A stretch of 29,288 nucleotides of DNA, from assembly GCA_965644315.1 (NCBI GenBank), contig CBFFRQ010000173.1, positions 1 through 29,288 on the forward strand. The letters run 5' to 3'. The translations under genes were made by a program, and so were the position numbers. Shown here in pieces: positions 1 through 11,104 of the stretch. The notes beneath the pieces are model-generated. The model did not search any database. It worked only from the letters and a program-made list of their open reading frames with translations, and had not been told where the DNA came from. The DNA comes from Caecitellus pseudoparvulus. Lineage: Eukaryota > Protista > Bigyra: Bicosoecida. Numbering within the stretch: the stretch's first letter is position 1; every line of letters starts with the position of its first letter.

Positions 1-340
1 TAACCCTAACCCTAACCCTAACCCTAACCCTAACCCTAACCCTAACCCTAACCCTAACCCTAACCCTAACCCTAACCCTAACCCTAACCCTAACCCTAAC
101 CCTAACCCTAACCCTAACCCTAACCCCAACCCTAACCCTAACCCTAACCCTAACCCTAACCCTAACCCTAACCCTAACCCTAACCCTAACCCTAACCCTA
201 ACCCTAACCCTAACCCTAACCCTAACCCTAACCCTAACCCTAACCCTAACCCTAACCCTAACCCTAACCCTAACCCTAACCCTAACCCTAACCCTAACCC
301 TAACCCTAACCCTAACCCTAACCCTAACCCTAACCCTAAC
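1..340. repeat. Telomeric repeat array (TAACCC)n = (TTAGGG)n on the minus strand; left chromosome end
   Basis: About 56 tandem TAACCC units from base 1, perfect except one T>C variant at 127; ends abruptly at 340 (…taaccctaac|tttccaaatg). Confidence 0.98.
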
Positions 341-419
341 TTTCCAAATGTCAAGCTAATCACAAGTTGTGAAGTGCTAACATTGCCTAATCCAGGCGCT
401 CGTGCACCCAAGTGTGGTG
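330..419 (+). repeat. 90-bp perfect direct repeat, copy 1 (11 bp telomeric + 79-bp element 5' leader)
   Basis: Identical to 8172-8261 (offset 7842); first mismatch at 420/8262. Confidence 0.95.
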
Positions 420-561
420 CTGCACAGCGCCAGTGCATGCATCGGGTGCGCGGAGTGAGCAGCAGCGCGATTTCCGCACGCCACGCTCCCCACGCGGTGC
501 GAGTCGCGGCTCCGGCTGGACGCTCGCACCACTGCTTGCCCGAGACCATTGCTTCATCATC

Positions 562-2743
562 ATGTCATCCAAGGCCAGCCGAGTCCTCGGCGTGCTCGCT
601 GCATGGACCAGTGCCTGGAGCAGCGTGGTGTCAGGGCGGCCACGAACAGGCGTGCTGACTGACATGTCACGCCGAGGGGCAGCTCCGGACTTTCCAGCTC
701 GGTGGCATGGACATTGACTGCACGGATGGCCAAGATGCATCATTTTTCGTCCGCAAGTTGGGCTTGGCATCTTCGGAGATGAGCTGGAGGCCGAGTTTCC
801 TGGAGCTGCTCCTGTGATGGTGCGCGCCAATTCCGCGCTGAAACAATCCGCACCAGGGCAGACCATTCTCCTTGTCACGCTGCCGAGTGACGGTGAAGGC
901 CCCGCCATTGCCAAGTCCCTGCGCGTTGCTGCTGCTGTGCGAGAAGACTTCATCATCATGTTGAAGGGGGGCGGCTCTGGTGGGCGTGGTGTACTCCAAC
1001 GCCGCGGCAGTTCACGTCAGAGCGCGCCAGGGTCAGCGTGATCGCCCCTCCCTCTGTAGTGAAGGTTGCTCTTCAGATCTCTGAGGCAGCAACCAACATT
1101 GCCTGTGAGAGTGGGGATGTGTCCAAGATCTTGAAGCTTGGTCCATGCCCACGTCACCGCCTTGCTCACTCCATCGCCAAGCGTGCTCCAAAGCCTGTCG
1201 GACACTCCCGTCTCTCCAGAAGATGAGCGCCTCTGTCGACAAGCTGCCAAGCCACACTGCCCAGCCAAAGCCCCTGCTGAAGAAAGGCGGTCCCAAGAAG
1301 AAGGAAGACACGGAGGGGCAAACGCAAGCCATCTGACAAAAAAAGAGCTCTCCTCCTCGGCGCTTTGCTGAACTGTTCAAGGAGGGCGTCGTGACTACTT
1401 CGCCCCACAGCGCCCCCTCCCCTCCATCTGCACCCGCCGAGTCGCCACGTCCAGGCCAAGCTGCTCCTTCCCCTGAACATGTCCCTCTTCCGTCCACCAG
1501 AGTCAAGCGCCCGACCTTCAGCAGATGGGACTCGCCCAGCCCACGCAAGGGACCTCTCCTCCCGTGTCCCCGACAGCTGCTGCGGCACTATCGGGCGGCG
1601 GGGCACAGCCACCTCTTTGCAAGCTCCCGCAAACACGGCACCCACTACGCTGCTAAAACTTGCTGACTGCGGTCAGCCGACCAGCACGGCTTGGACAGGC
1701 AAACCTTGACTTGGGTTCCCCCTTGCAGCAACTCCTCGCCTCTGCGCACGCGTTCCGCAACAAGGACCAACGACACTGTGTCCAGGCCTGCTTTGAAACA
1801 GCAGCAGGAGAGCCACTCCTTCAATGACGTGGATGACCTTGTCCTTCTTCAACACGCAGCCACCATCCAAGCGGCGCAGACATCCTTCTGTGCTGTGGCA
1901 GAAGAAGAGCAAGCGCGCGTCACCCTGGCACACCAGACTCGGAGGTCCATGCTGTCTGTGGAACAGAACCTTCCATGCCGACCACCGAGCAAGACAAGCT
2001 TGACCTCTTTCAATCGTTCCTGTACCGACATGCGCCTGATGATGCAGCGCACTCACCAGTGCCTGTCCACCTGTGCTCCTCCCTGGTCTTCATCCTCTTG
2101 CTCACGCGTATCAACGAGGGCCGATCGGGAGCTTGAAGGCGGCACAGTGTCTGGACACTGCCTGGTCGATGTCAAGGCAGAGAAAGAGATGGCACCTCCG
2201 AGGCAAAAAGTCTTTTTTTTTGCTGGGGTGTACTTCTGCGTTTGCTCTCAGCTTGGTTGACACCGGAGGTGGTCTCCCACCTTCAGCTCATTGTCGTCAA
2301 CGCTGAGAAGTCCACACTTGTACTGTGGAACCCTGTCGAACCCTTCAAGAGCACCAACATTCCAATCGACGACCGCCTGAACACCATCGACTCGATGGGC
2401 ATTGAGTCTGTGTACCGTGTCTCATCCCTCCCCGCTGAGTGGCAAGCCGATTCCCTTCAAAGACAGAGTGCGGCTGGCCATGCTGTCCCTCAGGTCTGAC
2501 TTTCCCCACTCCCGTTCGTAGCTGAGGACGAGACTGCCCGCTCCAAAAGACTCTCATCACTGGCAAGACAACACGGGTGTACCTCCCTGTAGGCCGCACC
2601 ACGCGCCAACAAGCAGCTGCCGATGAGAGAGAGCCGAAGACGGTTGACCCCATACTGTCACTCATCCCAGCATCTGTACAAGTCGCCGACCAGATCAGTA
2701 GCGATGCACCCCATGCCCCTGTCGGCCGCGGGAAGACACATGA
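562..2743 (+). pseudogene. Element 1 ORF1 (multiple frameshifts): unknown N-terminal domain, basic KKK..TRRGKR patch, Pro-rich linker, putative cysteine-protease domain
   Basis: Frame fragments align in order with element 2 ORF1: PRTGVLTDMSRRGAA/PRTGVFTDMPRRGAA, IACESGDVSK/IACQSGDVAK, CVQACFETAAGE/CVQACLETAAGE, LLQHAATI in both, HLQLIVVN..LVLWNP/HLQLILVD..LVLWNP, GRTTRQQAA/GRMTRQQAA. The catcATG start context is conserved at 562 and 8406. The 3' end is approximate. Confidence 0.8.
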
Positions 2744-5700
2744 CACTCGCACTTGCTGCTTGGAGTAATTGCGCACGGCTCCTGCGGCCGGTGTGTCCAC
2801 GATCGTCGTCGCCTGTCGGCCAGTCTGTGGTGCAGTGCGTCGTCCATGTTGGCACTCTGTGTCGCAGAGCCTGGGGTGCACGGCCTGCTCGACACGGAAG
2901 TCACGGGCCTTGAATGCTTCTCCGCGCCCAAGCCACGCCTGATCGGCCTGTCGGGCGGAGTGAGGTTGCCTTGCTGCTTGACTCGAAGACTCCAATGGCT
3001 CAGTGATCCCGGGCCTCGACGTTGATGGTCGCTGCGCAATTGCTTGCATCGGATCCCTGCAAGCCCACAACCCATCGCCATCATAGCCACGTACGTACCC
3101 AACTGGCACTCTTGGCAGCGAAAAGAAGCCAGTCGCTGATCCGGACACGAAGCTCCCGTACCGGCAAGAGGCTTGGCGGCAGCTTGAGTCTGCTGTTCAA
3201 CAGCGCCCGCCCTCGCCCACATGATTACTGTCATCATGGGTGACTCGAACACTCATCCAGGTGACGAAGGGGTAGGCACGTGGGGAGCAGATCACTGGGA
3301 GAAATCCGGACCGGCATTCCCGAGCCCACTGAAGACATCCTGCAGATGCAGCTCCTCTGCGAGCAAGGCCCACACTGATCCCAGCCGGACTTGGTGGCCT
3401 GCCAACGCACAGGTATGGTCGGGCTCTGGACCAGCATCCTGATGACTGAGGACCTCCACAGCATGTTGAGCAGACCACTGCACATCACAACAACGTTCTT
3501 CCAGCGGGACGAAAAAGAGTGCCGCCTGGACTAGCTCCTCAGTGACCATCATCTTGTTGCAGCAGAAGTCCGAGTGAAGCCCGCCAAGCGAGTGTGGAGG
3601 CATCATCCAAGAGCCCCCATGTACGAGGCGGTGCCACCCTGGCGGACCTCAGCGACAGAGGCTGGGCTGGCAGCGCAAGCGATGCTTCGAGGATCCCTCA
3701 GCTCGCGTGGCCACCGCGCTCCAGACAGGGCAGCGCCGCCCCGAGCCTATCCTTTTCTCAACGGTGCTATCGAAGCCGCCGGCTATGGACACACATCGCA
3801 AGGCCAAGACCCCACGTGACCCTCTGCCCCAGCTGAAGATGGACATCAAGGCGGCCAGCGGGCTCCAGAAGTCCATGACTGCACGCGCGTCCAAGCTGCG
3901 GAAGACCATTGCCAAGCTGCACCGGAAGCCTGCCAGCTTGGCCGCCCGCGGTCGGCGTCCTCAGCCGGGGCCAGCGCCCGTGCCATCCGAGAGGGAATCT
4001 CCATGGCCACTGAAGAGCGGCTACACGCCACGCTTCAATGCCGCAAGGATGTGCAATGCGGAAGTGCACGAGGCTTGTGAAGAAGAAGCGACATGTCACT
4101 CTGCCCAGGATCCGAGCACGCTTGGGGAAACTCGCTGTCACGGATCCCTTCACCGCCCACCAACACATCAGCCGCCTGTCAGGTCGGGGTCGTCGAGCCC
4201 GTCGAGCTCCCATCAGGTCCGTGAAGTCCATGCAGGGAGCAGCTTCATCCCCTCCCCTTGATCTGCAGTGAAGGAGGAGGTTGCCAAGCAGATGTCTGGC
4301 ATCCTGCGTCCACAACAAGCCCAGGCCAACATCGCTGGAAGTACGGGCTGGCAAGGTTCCTTCCCTCAGCCCAAGAGTCCTTCACCCCGCCAGTGACATG
4401 GCTTCCCTCCAAGAAGCAAGTCAAAGTCCTCCACTGGGATCACTCAGCTTGCATCGACACCCAGGCTCTGGCAAGTTCCAATCAGAGCATCACTGGGAGT
4501 ATGCCGGGCCAGGCTTCCAAGACATCTACTCCCAAGCCGTCATCCAAGCGTTGCAACACTTGGCACCTGCCCGCCAGACTACCATGCAGGCATTGGGTCA
4601 CTCATCCCCAAGAAGACGAGTGAAGCCGGGCGCGCGCCTCGCACATACCGCTTGATTGTATGCCGCCCCCTCCTGCAGCTCTTCTTCTCAGTGGCCGCTG
4701 CATGCCTGGAGTCCTGGATGCAAACATGGGCAGCTCGAAGCGAGCAGGCTGGCTTCACTGGACACCGCAACACGCATGAGCACATCTTGGCTCTCCAAGG
4801 AGGTGATCGGAGGCCACCTGCGACAGTCAACAGCGCCAGTGCAAGTCCTGGTACTCTTCGTGGACTTCCGGGGGAGCATTCGACTCTGCTGAGCCACGCA
4901 GCCATCACAGAGATCGCCTGAGGCTGCCTCCCTCCCTGCGCTCACTCCTGGCCGTCATCCAAGGAGTACATGTTCCGAGGCGACGGTCGTGCCAGTCAAC
5001 ACGCGCCATGGTCTTTGTCGCCCCTTCCTGCGCATCGCTTAAATGGTGTCCCCGCTGGAGGAGCTCTGTCCCCCCTCCTCTTGCTGGGTTGCGATAGATG
5101 TGCTGGTCGCAAGAGGCTCCACGAGATGCCCCTCCAAGGCATCCAGGGAGTGGGCATCCCAACACCAGCAGGCCATGTCACCCACACCCTGTATGCAGAC
5201 GACCACGGCTCGCATCGGCAATCTTGCCCGCCACGGCCTGGCACTGAATCTTCGTAGAGGTGAAGGCCATCGCTGCCCGGGTTGGCCTTGCCATCAACCC
5301 GTCGAAGGTCCGGGGTCATGATCCCCGCCAACTCCGTGCGAGAGGCAGCCGGACACCAGTCAGGTGAAAGGAAGAAGCTGGTGGGAAGCGCTCGGCTGCC
5401 CTCAAAGCGGGCAGCATGCTGAAGGTTGCTGCAGTCCATCCAACGGGTGGCGAGTACGCCTACCTACTTGGGTGTGCCGATGTCCGAACATCCTGCCAAG
5501 ACCCGTGCACTTACCCTGCAACAAGCTGGGCTTGCTTGCATCCAGGCCGGGTTCACTGCGGGCGCTGCTGCTCAGTGCCACCTGGCTCGATGCGCAGCAG
5601 CGGCACCTGGTTGGGTATGCCACTGTCACGTCAGCCGCCGACCATTGCTGTCCACCCAAGCCAACAGTTCCCTGCTTCCGCTGCGCTGACGTTGACCGCG

Positions 5701-7331
5701 GCGCTCGCCCTCGCCTTGGACGGGACCCAAGTCGGCCTCGCAGAGTGCACTCATGCGCCCCCACAGCTACGCCAAGCTGGCTCTATGCGGTCCTCGCCTG
5801 CCCACATCCGCTCCACGCAACTGCGGACTGGGATGTTTGTCAAGGCTCTCCGGATGCTGCACTCGGACACCCCTCTTGCCCGAGCTCTGTGCCTGACCAT
5901 CCACGCAGGCCCTTGACCTTATGCCTGCTTCGATGTCGACGACCGCCATCGTCGACACCATTGCTGATGGAGGTCGACTCCGGGGCTGCCAGTGTCCCTG
6001 CTCCGTGGGCACTGCATGCCCTCTTGGACCTCTGGCTTCATGGGCTGCATGCCAGACCTTGCACAGCTTCGGCTTGCATGTGCACCTGGCTCTGAGCATG
6101 CTGCCACAGCCCTTGCCCAAGTCCTTGCCGGACTTGCGACCACCCCGGGCCTCCACAGGTCTGCGGTGGTTGGGGTGGCCGCCAGCGAGACGTCGTCCAT
6201 GGCCGAACCCCCGGCCTTCTGCGGCAGACACCCCCTGGGCCCTGCGTCGCCAAGTCCTCGTCGTGCATCTTCATGTAGCCCCGGCAGTGCCAGGTGCAGC
6301 TGCCCACTACACTCACCGACAGCCGAGATCCCCCAAGTGCAGAAGCTCCAGGCCGCATCGATCTCTGGGCCTGGTGCGCAGCACTTCGTGTGGCTACATC
6401 CACTACTGCCACACGGGGTGAACCCCCTCTTCTGGGTCTGTCCTGATGACAGGCCCACCAGAGTGATGGTCCATCACTTCCAGACCTTACAGCTTCTTCA
6501 TGGGGGGGACAGTGCCACTCTGTACGGTAGCTGTCCGATTTGCGGGACTCAACACCGACACGTACAGCTGCACGTGCACATCCTGCTGCACTGCACCCAC
6601 CACGAACTCACCATGGCACGCCAGCACACGATGACCAAGTTCAGAGAGCCGGCCCAGCAGGTCAGCTGTGCCCGAGTGCCGCGGGCCAAGTGCAGTGCCT
6701 GCCCATCCCCCTGGTTCTAGCCACGCCCCTCCTTCGTGCCCCCGACCCAGAGCCGCGAAGCCTGCGGGACCCCGAGGTCCTCCACAGGCTCCTGCTCTGC
6801 GGGCAGTGGGAGCCTCACCGGTGGGGGCTGGCCGACGAAGAGCAGCTTGTCTCTATGAAAGAGGCGGCTGTCCCCTTCCCACCCCCACCTCGTCCACCGT
6901 TGCTGGGTCCTTGCCGTGTCCGTGCCCCAGCTGTATGGCAGAGCATCCTGCGCAGCGCGGTCGAGTTCACAGCAAAGGCGTGGCGGGTCACAGTCACTTA
7001 CATAGCTGCGTATGACCGATGCCCACCACCTTTGCTGTCCAGAGGCATGCTGAGTACCTGGTGGGCAGTACATGGGCGCAGGGCGCCGCTGCTGCAACCG
7101 CACGGCAGCCAGTGCGGTCAAGCGGCCACGCGGCACACGCGCAGGCCCCGCACTCGCCGCAGGGCACGCACCTTTTTCCCCTGGCCAAGGCTGGCCAAGT
7201 GCCGTCCACGGAGGGCAAGGTCCAGAGGGACTGCCAGGCAGCACCCCATGGGGCCTCAGCCAGCCCATGCAGACACTGATGGTGAGGGGGAAGGGCCCGA
7301 TGGTTCCTGTGAAGAGAGCGAGGGGGAGTAA
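2740..7331 (+). pseudogene. Element 1 ORF2/pol: AP-like endonuclease + reverse transcriptase + CCHC zinc finger, broken by many indels
   Basis: APE: MTLALAAW(S)N at 2740, ALCVAEP, SGGV, IAIIATYVP (~3074-3100), VIMGDSN (GD at 3239-3244), SDHHLV (3541). RT: LIPKK..TYRLI (~4601-4660), QAGF..RNTHEHI, VLFVDFRG/AFDS (~4850-4885), GVPAGGALSPLLL (~5045-5085), YADD (5192-5203), GLAINPSK (~5285-5310), YLG (5465-5473). CCHC: CPIC-x11-HILLHC (6532-6594). Confidence 0.9.
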
Positions 7332-8171
7332 GGCGGAACGCAGGCGTGCGAGGCGGGGAGTGGAACAGCCACGCTTGTGGCCGGGTCCACCCTCCCCGAG
7401 TGTCCTGACGTGGTGAACTCTGTGTGAAGCTGTGGTGATAACCACGGCAGCCCGAAGCAGATGCCCAAGACCTTACCTTTTACTTGCTACATAGCCTGCA
7501 GCGAGTAGCGGTGGAGTGAGCAGGAGCGTGCGTCGGTGCCGCGGCGCGTGTGCAGCCGCAGTGCTGCACGGCCACCGCAGCCCGGATGGCGGCTGACAGA
7601 TGAAGCAAGCTCACTCACCACGAAACCAGGGCGTGACAGGCCGAAGAGATCCCTTTTCCTTTCTGTATCCCCCTCGACGTGCGCGCGATGCGCTCTGGTG
7701 GCGCGGGCGCGTGTGTGCGCACGGGTGCTGGTGTGCCGATCGAATTCCCGCACCGCGCACCCGGCCGAGTTCCCGCGCAGAGGGCGGCTGCACACACCTC
7801 ACAGAAGGGGCGCAGAGAGGCCTATGAGGGCCACAGAGGAGGTGGGTGAAGTGAACCTGGGTGCATGATCTGTTGTCAAGACTGCGCGGATGCCTGGGTG
7901 TGCTCTGGTGTGCCCCAGGTGTCTGGCGCTGGCGGGAGCAAGGGATGAAGTGTAGCGGAGGAGGGCCAAGATGATGAATTGGAGCGGGCAGGGACCTGCC
8001 CTAGCAAGTGGCGGCAGATATAACGGGTGCAAGCCTGTGTTTGTTGCGAATCCGCGCCAAGCGGTAGCCGCTGTGGCGTCCTACATGTGCAGAGGTGCAT
8101 TGTGGGGCGCCCGTGTGACGCTCAAGCTGTACGGTGCCAAGCTGTGCCGAGGTGAAATGCATTGTGAGTTG

Positions 8172-8261
8172 CTAACCCTAACTTTCCAAATGTCAAGCTA
8201 ATCACAAGTTGTGAAGTGCTAACATTGCCTAATCCAGGCGCTCGTGCACCCAAGTGTGGTG
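8172..8261 (+). repeat. 90-bp perfect direct repeat, copy 2; junction between element 1 and element 2
   Basis: ctaaccctaactttccaaatgtcaagctaatcacaagttgtgaagtgctaacattgcctaatccaggcgctcgtgcacccaagtgtggtg is identical to 330-419. Confidence 0.95.
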
Positions 8262-8405
8262 TTGCACAGTGCTTGCTGGTTGGGTGGTGCGCACCGGGGC
8301 GGGGTAGTGCGAATTCCGCACACCATCGCACCGTGGCTCCCAGTTTGCGCCCTCGGTCGGGGCATGCACCTGGGATCGACATCAAAAGCATCATTGACAA
8401 GCATC

Positions 8406-10489
8406 ATGAACGCCCAAGTGGATCAAGTCCTGGGGGTCCTCTTCGTGGAGGGGTGCCTGAAGCGCAAGCAAGTGCTCGGCCCCAGAACAGGTGTCTTCAC
8501 TGACATGCCACGTCGGGGTGCCGCACGCACCTTCGAGCTTGGAGGACCCCTGCCCAAGACTGATCATGATAGTTCATCTTCGGCACGGGACATGTGGCTC
8601 GAGGTCTATGGGGAAGCCGCCGAACGGCTGATCCCAGGGCTGAGTGCGGAATTCGGCAACGCCAATGCGGCCCTGCGCCAGGGACCCACCGGATCGCCAA
8701 CCATCCTCGTCACGCTCGGAAGTGAGGGTGATTCACCAACAGTGGCACGTCAACTTCGCATTCTTGCTGCTCAAGAGGACGACTTCGCCATTCGAGTCGG
8801 CCAAGGTGGGTTCGTCGCCGTGGCCTACACCAACACCAAGCAGTTCGCATCGGCGAAGGCGAAAGTGAAGGTGAAGGCCCACCCCACCGCCATCCAAGTG
8901 GCCCACCAAGTGACCAAGGAAGCAACCGAAATCGCCTGCCAGTCAGGTGATGTTGCCAAGGTCATGTGCCTCGTTAGGTCCCACTTCGACCATGGCCCCG
9001 TGCCAGCCCAAGCCGTCCGTCCCAGTGTCAGACAATCCGTCCCCTCCGAGGGTGATGCACCTGTCGACACCAAGACACCATCGACCTGGACTGACACTCA
9101 GCTCGACAAGGCACCGAAGAAGAAGAAGACCCGTCGAGGCAAGCGAGGAAAGGGCAAGTCAGCCGGACGATCCCTCACCTTCGAGGACGTCTTCATCAAG
9201 AACGTCCGGCCACCTGCACCTCGACCAACCTCACCACCTGCCACCCAAGGCTCACCCAAAGATACCGTCACCACCCCTGTGGTGCATGCCATGTTGCCTT
9301 CATCAAGGGTGCAGCGGGGCGTCGACCGCAAGTGGCCGTCCCCCACCCCGTCGGGCGAGGCAAGCCCCGAGGTGCACCGGTATCGGCCGTCTGCAGCAGC
9401 AGCATGGGAGGTGATCACAAGGGTGGTGCCTCTTCATGACAGTGTGCGGACACCCGAGCACCTGGCCGAGTACCCCATCAAGCCTGGCCCTCTGGCCGAC
9501 CTGCTGTCATCGACCCACGTGTACTCTAACGTGGGGGGCGGGCCTGTGTCCAGGCCTGTCTCGAGACGGCAGCAGGGGAGAGGGTCTTCGAGGCTGGGGA
9601 CCTCCTCCTACTCCAGCATGCAGCCACCATCAACGCTGCCCAGCTTGCCTTCAAGCACATGGTCAGGCAGCTGGAGGGGGTGGTCAGTGACTCGTCCAGC
9701 TCGGACATCATGGACGTCGGCCAGAAGCCACCCTCCCCCTTCCGCTCAGACGGGCAACGGGTGGCCGTCTTCCGCAACATGCTGCACCAGCACTCGCCGG
9801 ATGACACCTTCCTGGCCCCAGGTACACCACCAGTCCTGCTTCCCGGCCTGCACCTGCTCATCGACCGCATCAACCAAGGGTACCGTGCCCCAGCCGGGCA
9901 TGATGACCTTGGCCAGGCCGGCGTCGACCCCAGCCAGGTTGATGAAGAGGGTGACCAAGAGGGGCACCTCGACGGAGTGCTGTATGCCTTCGCACTTCGA
10001 GAGGTGTGGACCGACAACACGGCCCATCTGCAGCTCATCCTCGTCGACCATGATCGAGGCAAGCTGGTGCTGTGGAACCCCGACATCCCTGACCTCCATG
10101 ACGAGCTGCCCCTGCACAAGTGCATGACCCGGCTGGCAGCCGAAGGCATCAACGTCTTGTACCGGATCTGGACCACACCCGAGGCGGGCAGTCCAGCACC
10201 CTTCCGGGACAGGCTTCGAGGGGCACTCCAGTCTCTCCGAGATGACTTCCCCCCCCTGCCTCACAAGGCCACCGACGGCACCGTGCACCCCCAGACCCTC
10301 ATCGCTGGCAAGGGCACAAGGGTGGCCATGCCTCATGGGCGGATGACCCGACAGCAGGCCGCCACCCTGGAGGCTGAGGTCAAGGACCCCCTCAAGCGGC
10401 TGGTGCCTGAAGACGGCGAGGGTCGCCTGCCCAAGGTCAAGGATGTGCCCCACATCTCGATCGGGCAGATGGGTGGACGCCTGATGTAA
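8406..10489 (+). CDS. Element 2 ORF1 protein (~694 aa if one frameshift in the G6 run at 9533-9538 is corrected); putative papain/Josephin-like protease domain in the C-terminal half
   Basis: The 8244..10127 frame matches element 1 ORF1 up to ~9535, then homology switches to the frame of 9659..10489 (open from 9530). Adding one G gives HVYSNVGGRACVQACLE, colinear with element 1 HAFRNKDQRHCVQACFE. Confidence 0.8.
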
Positions 10490-11104
10490 GTCACCTGTGG
10501 GGGCATACTCCCTGTGCCACACATGACTGAAGCTTTGTGTCGCGACCGACGCACATAGCTGACATCGGACATTGGAAAGTCCAACCCAACCTCACCATCA
10601 CCAACCCAACATCGATACCAACACATCAGGACTCGGCTCAGTGGAAGGGGAAGGCACTTGCAGCAAGATCTGTGAGGCCGCCCCCAAACCTGAGCCGAAG
10701 GGACAGCCGGGCTGGGTCGTGTGCTTGCATCTCAGCAACACCCAGTCCGTGTCGAGTCCATATCCTCCAGCCCACACCGCCACCCAAGCCAAGCAAGTCG
10801 GGTCTCCACCCCTGGACATCGGACCGAGACGGACGAGACTGGACTGGACGGACAAGACAAGAGTGGACCGAGACCTGGACCTACACCTCAAGACCATCCC
10901 ACCGGGGCGGGCGCTGAAGCGCCAAGACAGACGGCGACTTATACAACGGACACGAGTCTGTGCTAGTCGCAAAGCCGTGCAAGCGGTGCCGTCGTGGTGT
11001 CTGTGTCACTGCATTCTGTTGTGGCGCAGGTGGCACCACATGTCCAAGCCCAAGCTGTACCATGATGTAGCCTGCATGGAGGCAATCTGCAATGCATTGA
11101 GTAG

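Larger units (their letters stand above)
341..8182 (+). mobile_element. Telomere-associated APE-type non-LTR retrotransposon (element 1; autonomous-type architecture, frameshifted)
   Basis: Starts immediately after the telomere. Contains ORF1 (from 562), APE motifs (2740-3560), RT motifs (4600-5480) and CCHC (6532-6594). Ends in …aatgcattgtgagttg-CTAACCCTAAC (8172-8182) with no poly(A). Confidence 0.9.

Noticed and set aside
121-132. Variant telomere unit (T>C at 127)
   Set aside because: A single substitution in one repeat; ordinary variation or read error.
2736-2746. ATGA overlap as stop-restart coupling between ORF1 and ORF2
   Set aside because: The TGA is not in the frame of the last ORF1-homologous segment as assembled; it cannot be judged given the indels.
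6595-7331. Restriction-like endonuclease or RNase H (a true Dualen dual-endonuclease layout)
   Set aside because: No convincing PD-(D/E)xK or RNase H motif is readable around the CCHC; frameshifts limit certainty, so it is not claimed.
7590-7635. Hammerhead ribozyme in the element UTR
   Set aside because: No intact CTGANGA core with a correctly placed GAAA and supporting stems was found.
341-8182. Penelope/Athena-type element
   Set aside because: Orientation and telomeric tail are similar, but the clear APE motifs and LINE-type RT motifs (LSPLL, YADD, YLG) indicate a non-LTR LINE.
330-8261. Reading the 90-bp direct repeats as LTRs of an LTR retrotransposon
   Set aside because: The enclosed pol is APE plus a non-LTR-type RT with no integrase, the repeats lack TG…CA ends, and the second repeat is the 5' start of element 2.
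9527-9542. Programmed ribosomal frameshift in element 2 ORF1
   Set aside because: The homologous stretch of element 1 is in one frame; a single-G loss in a G6 run is better explained by sequencing error or mutation.
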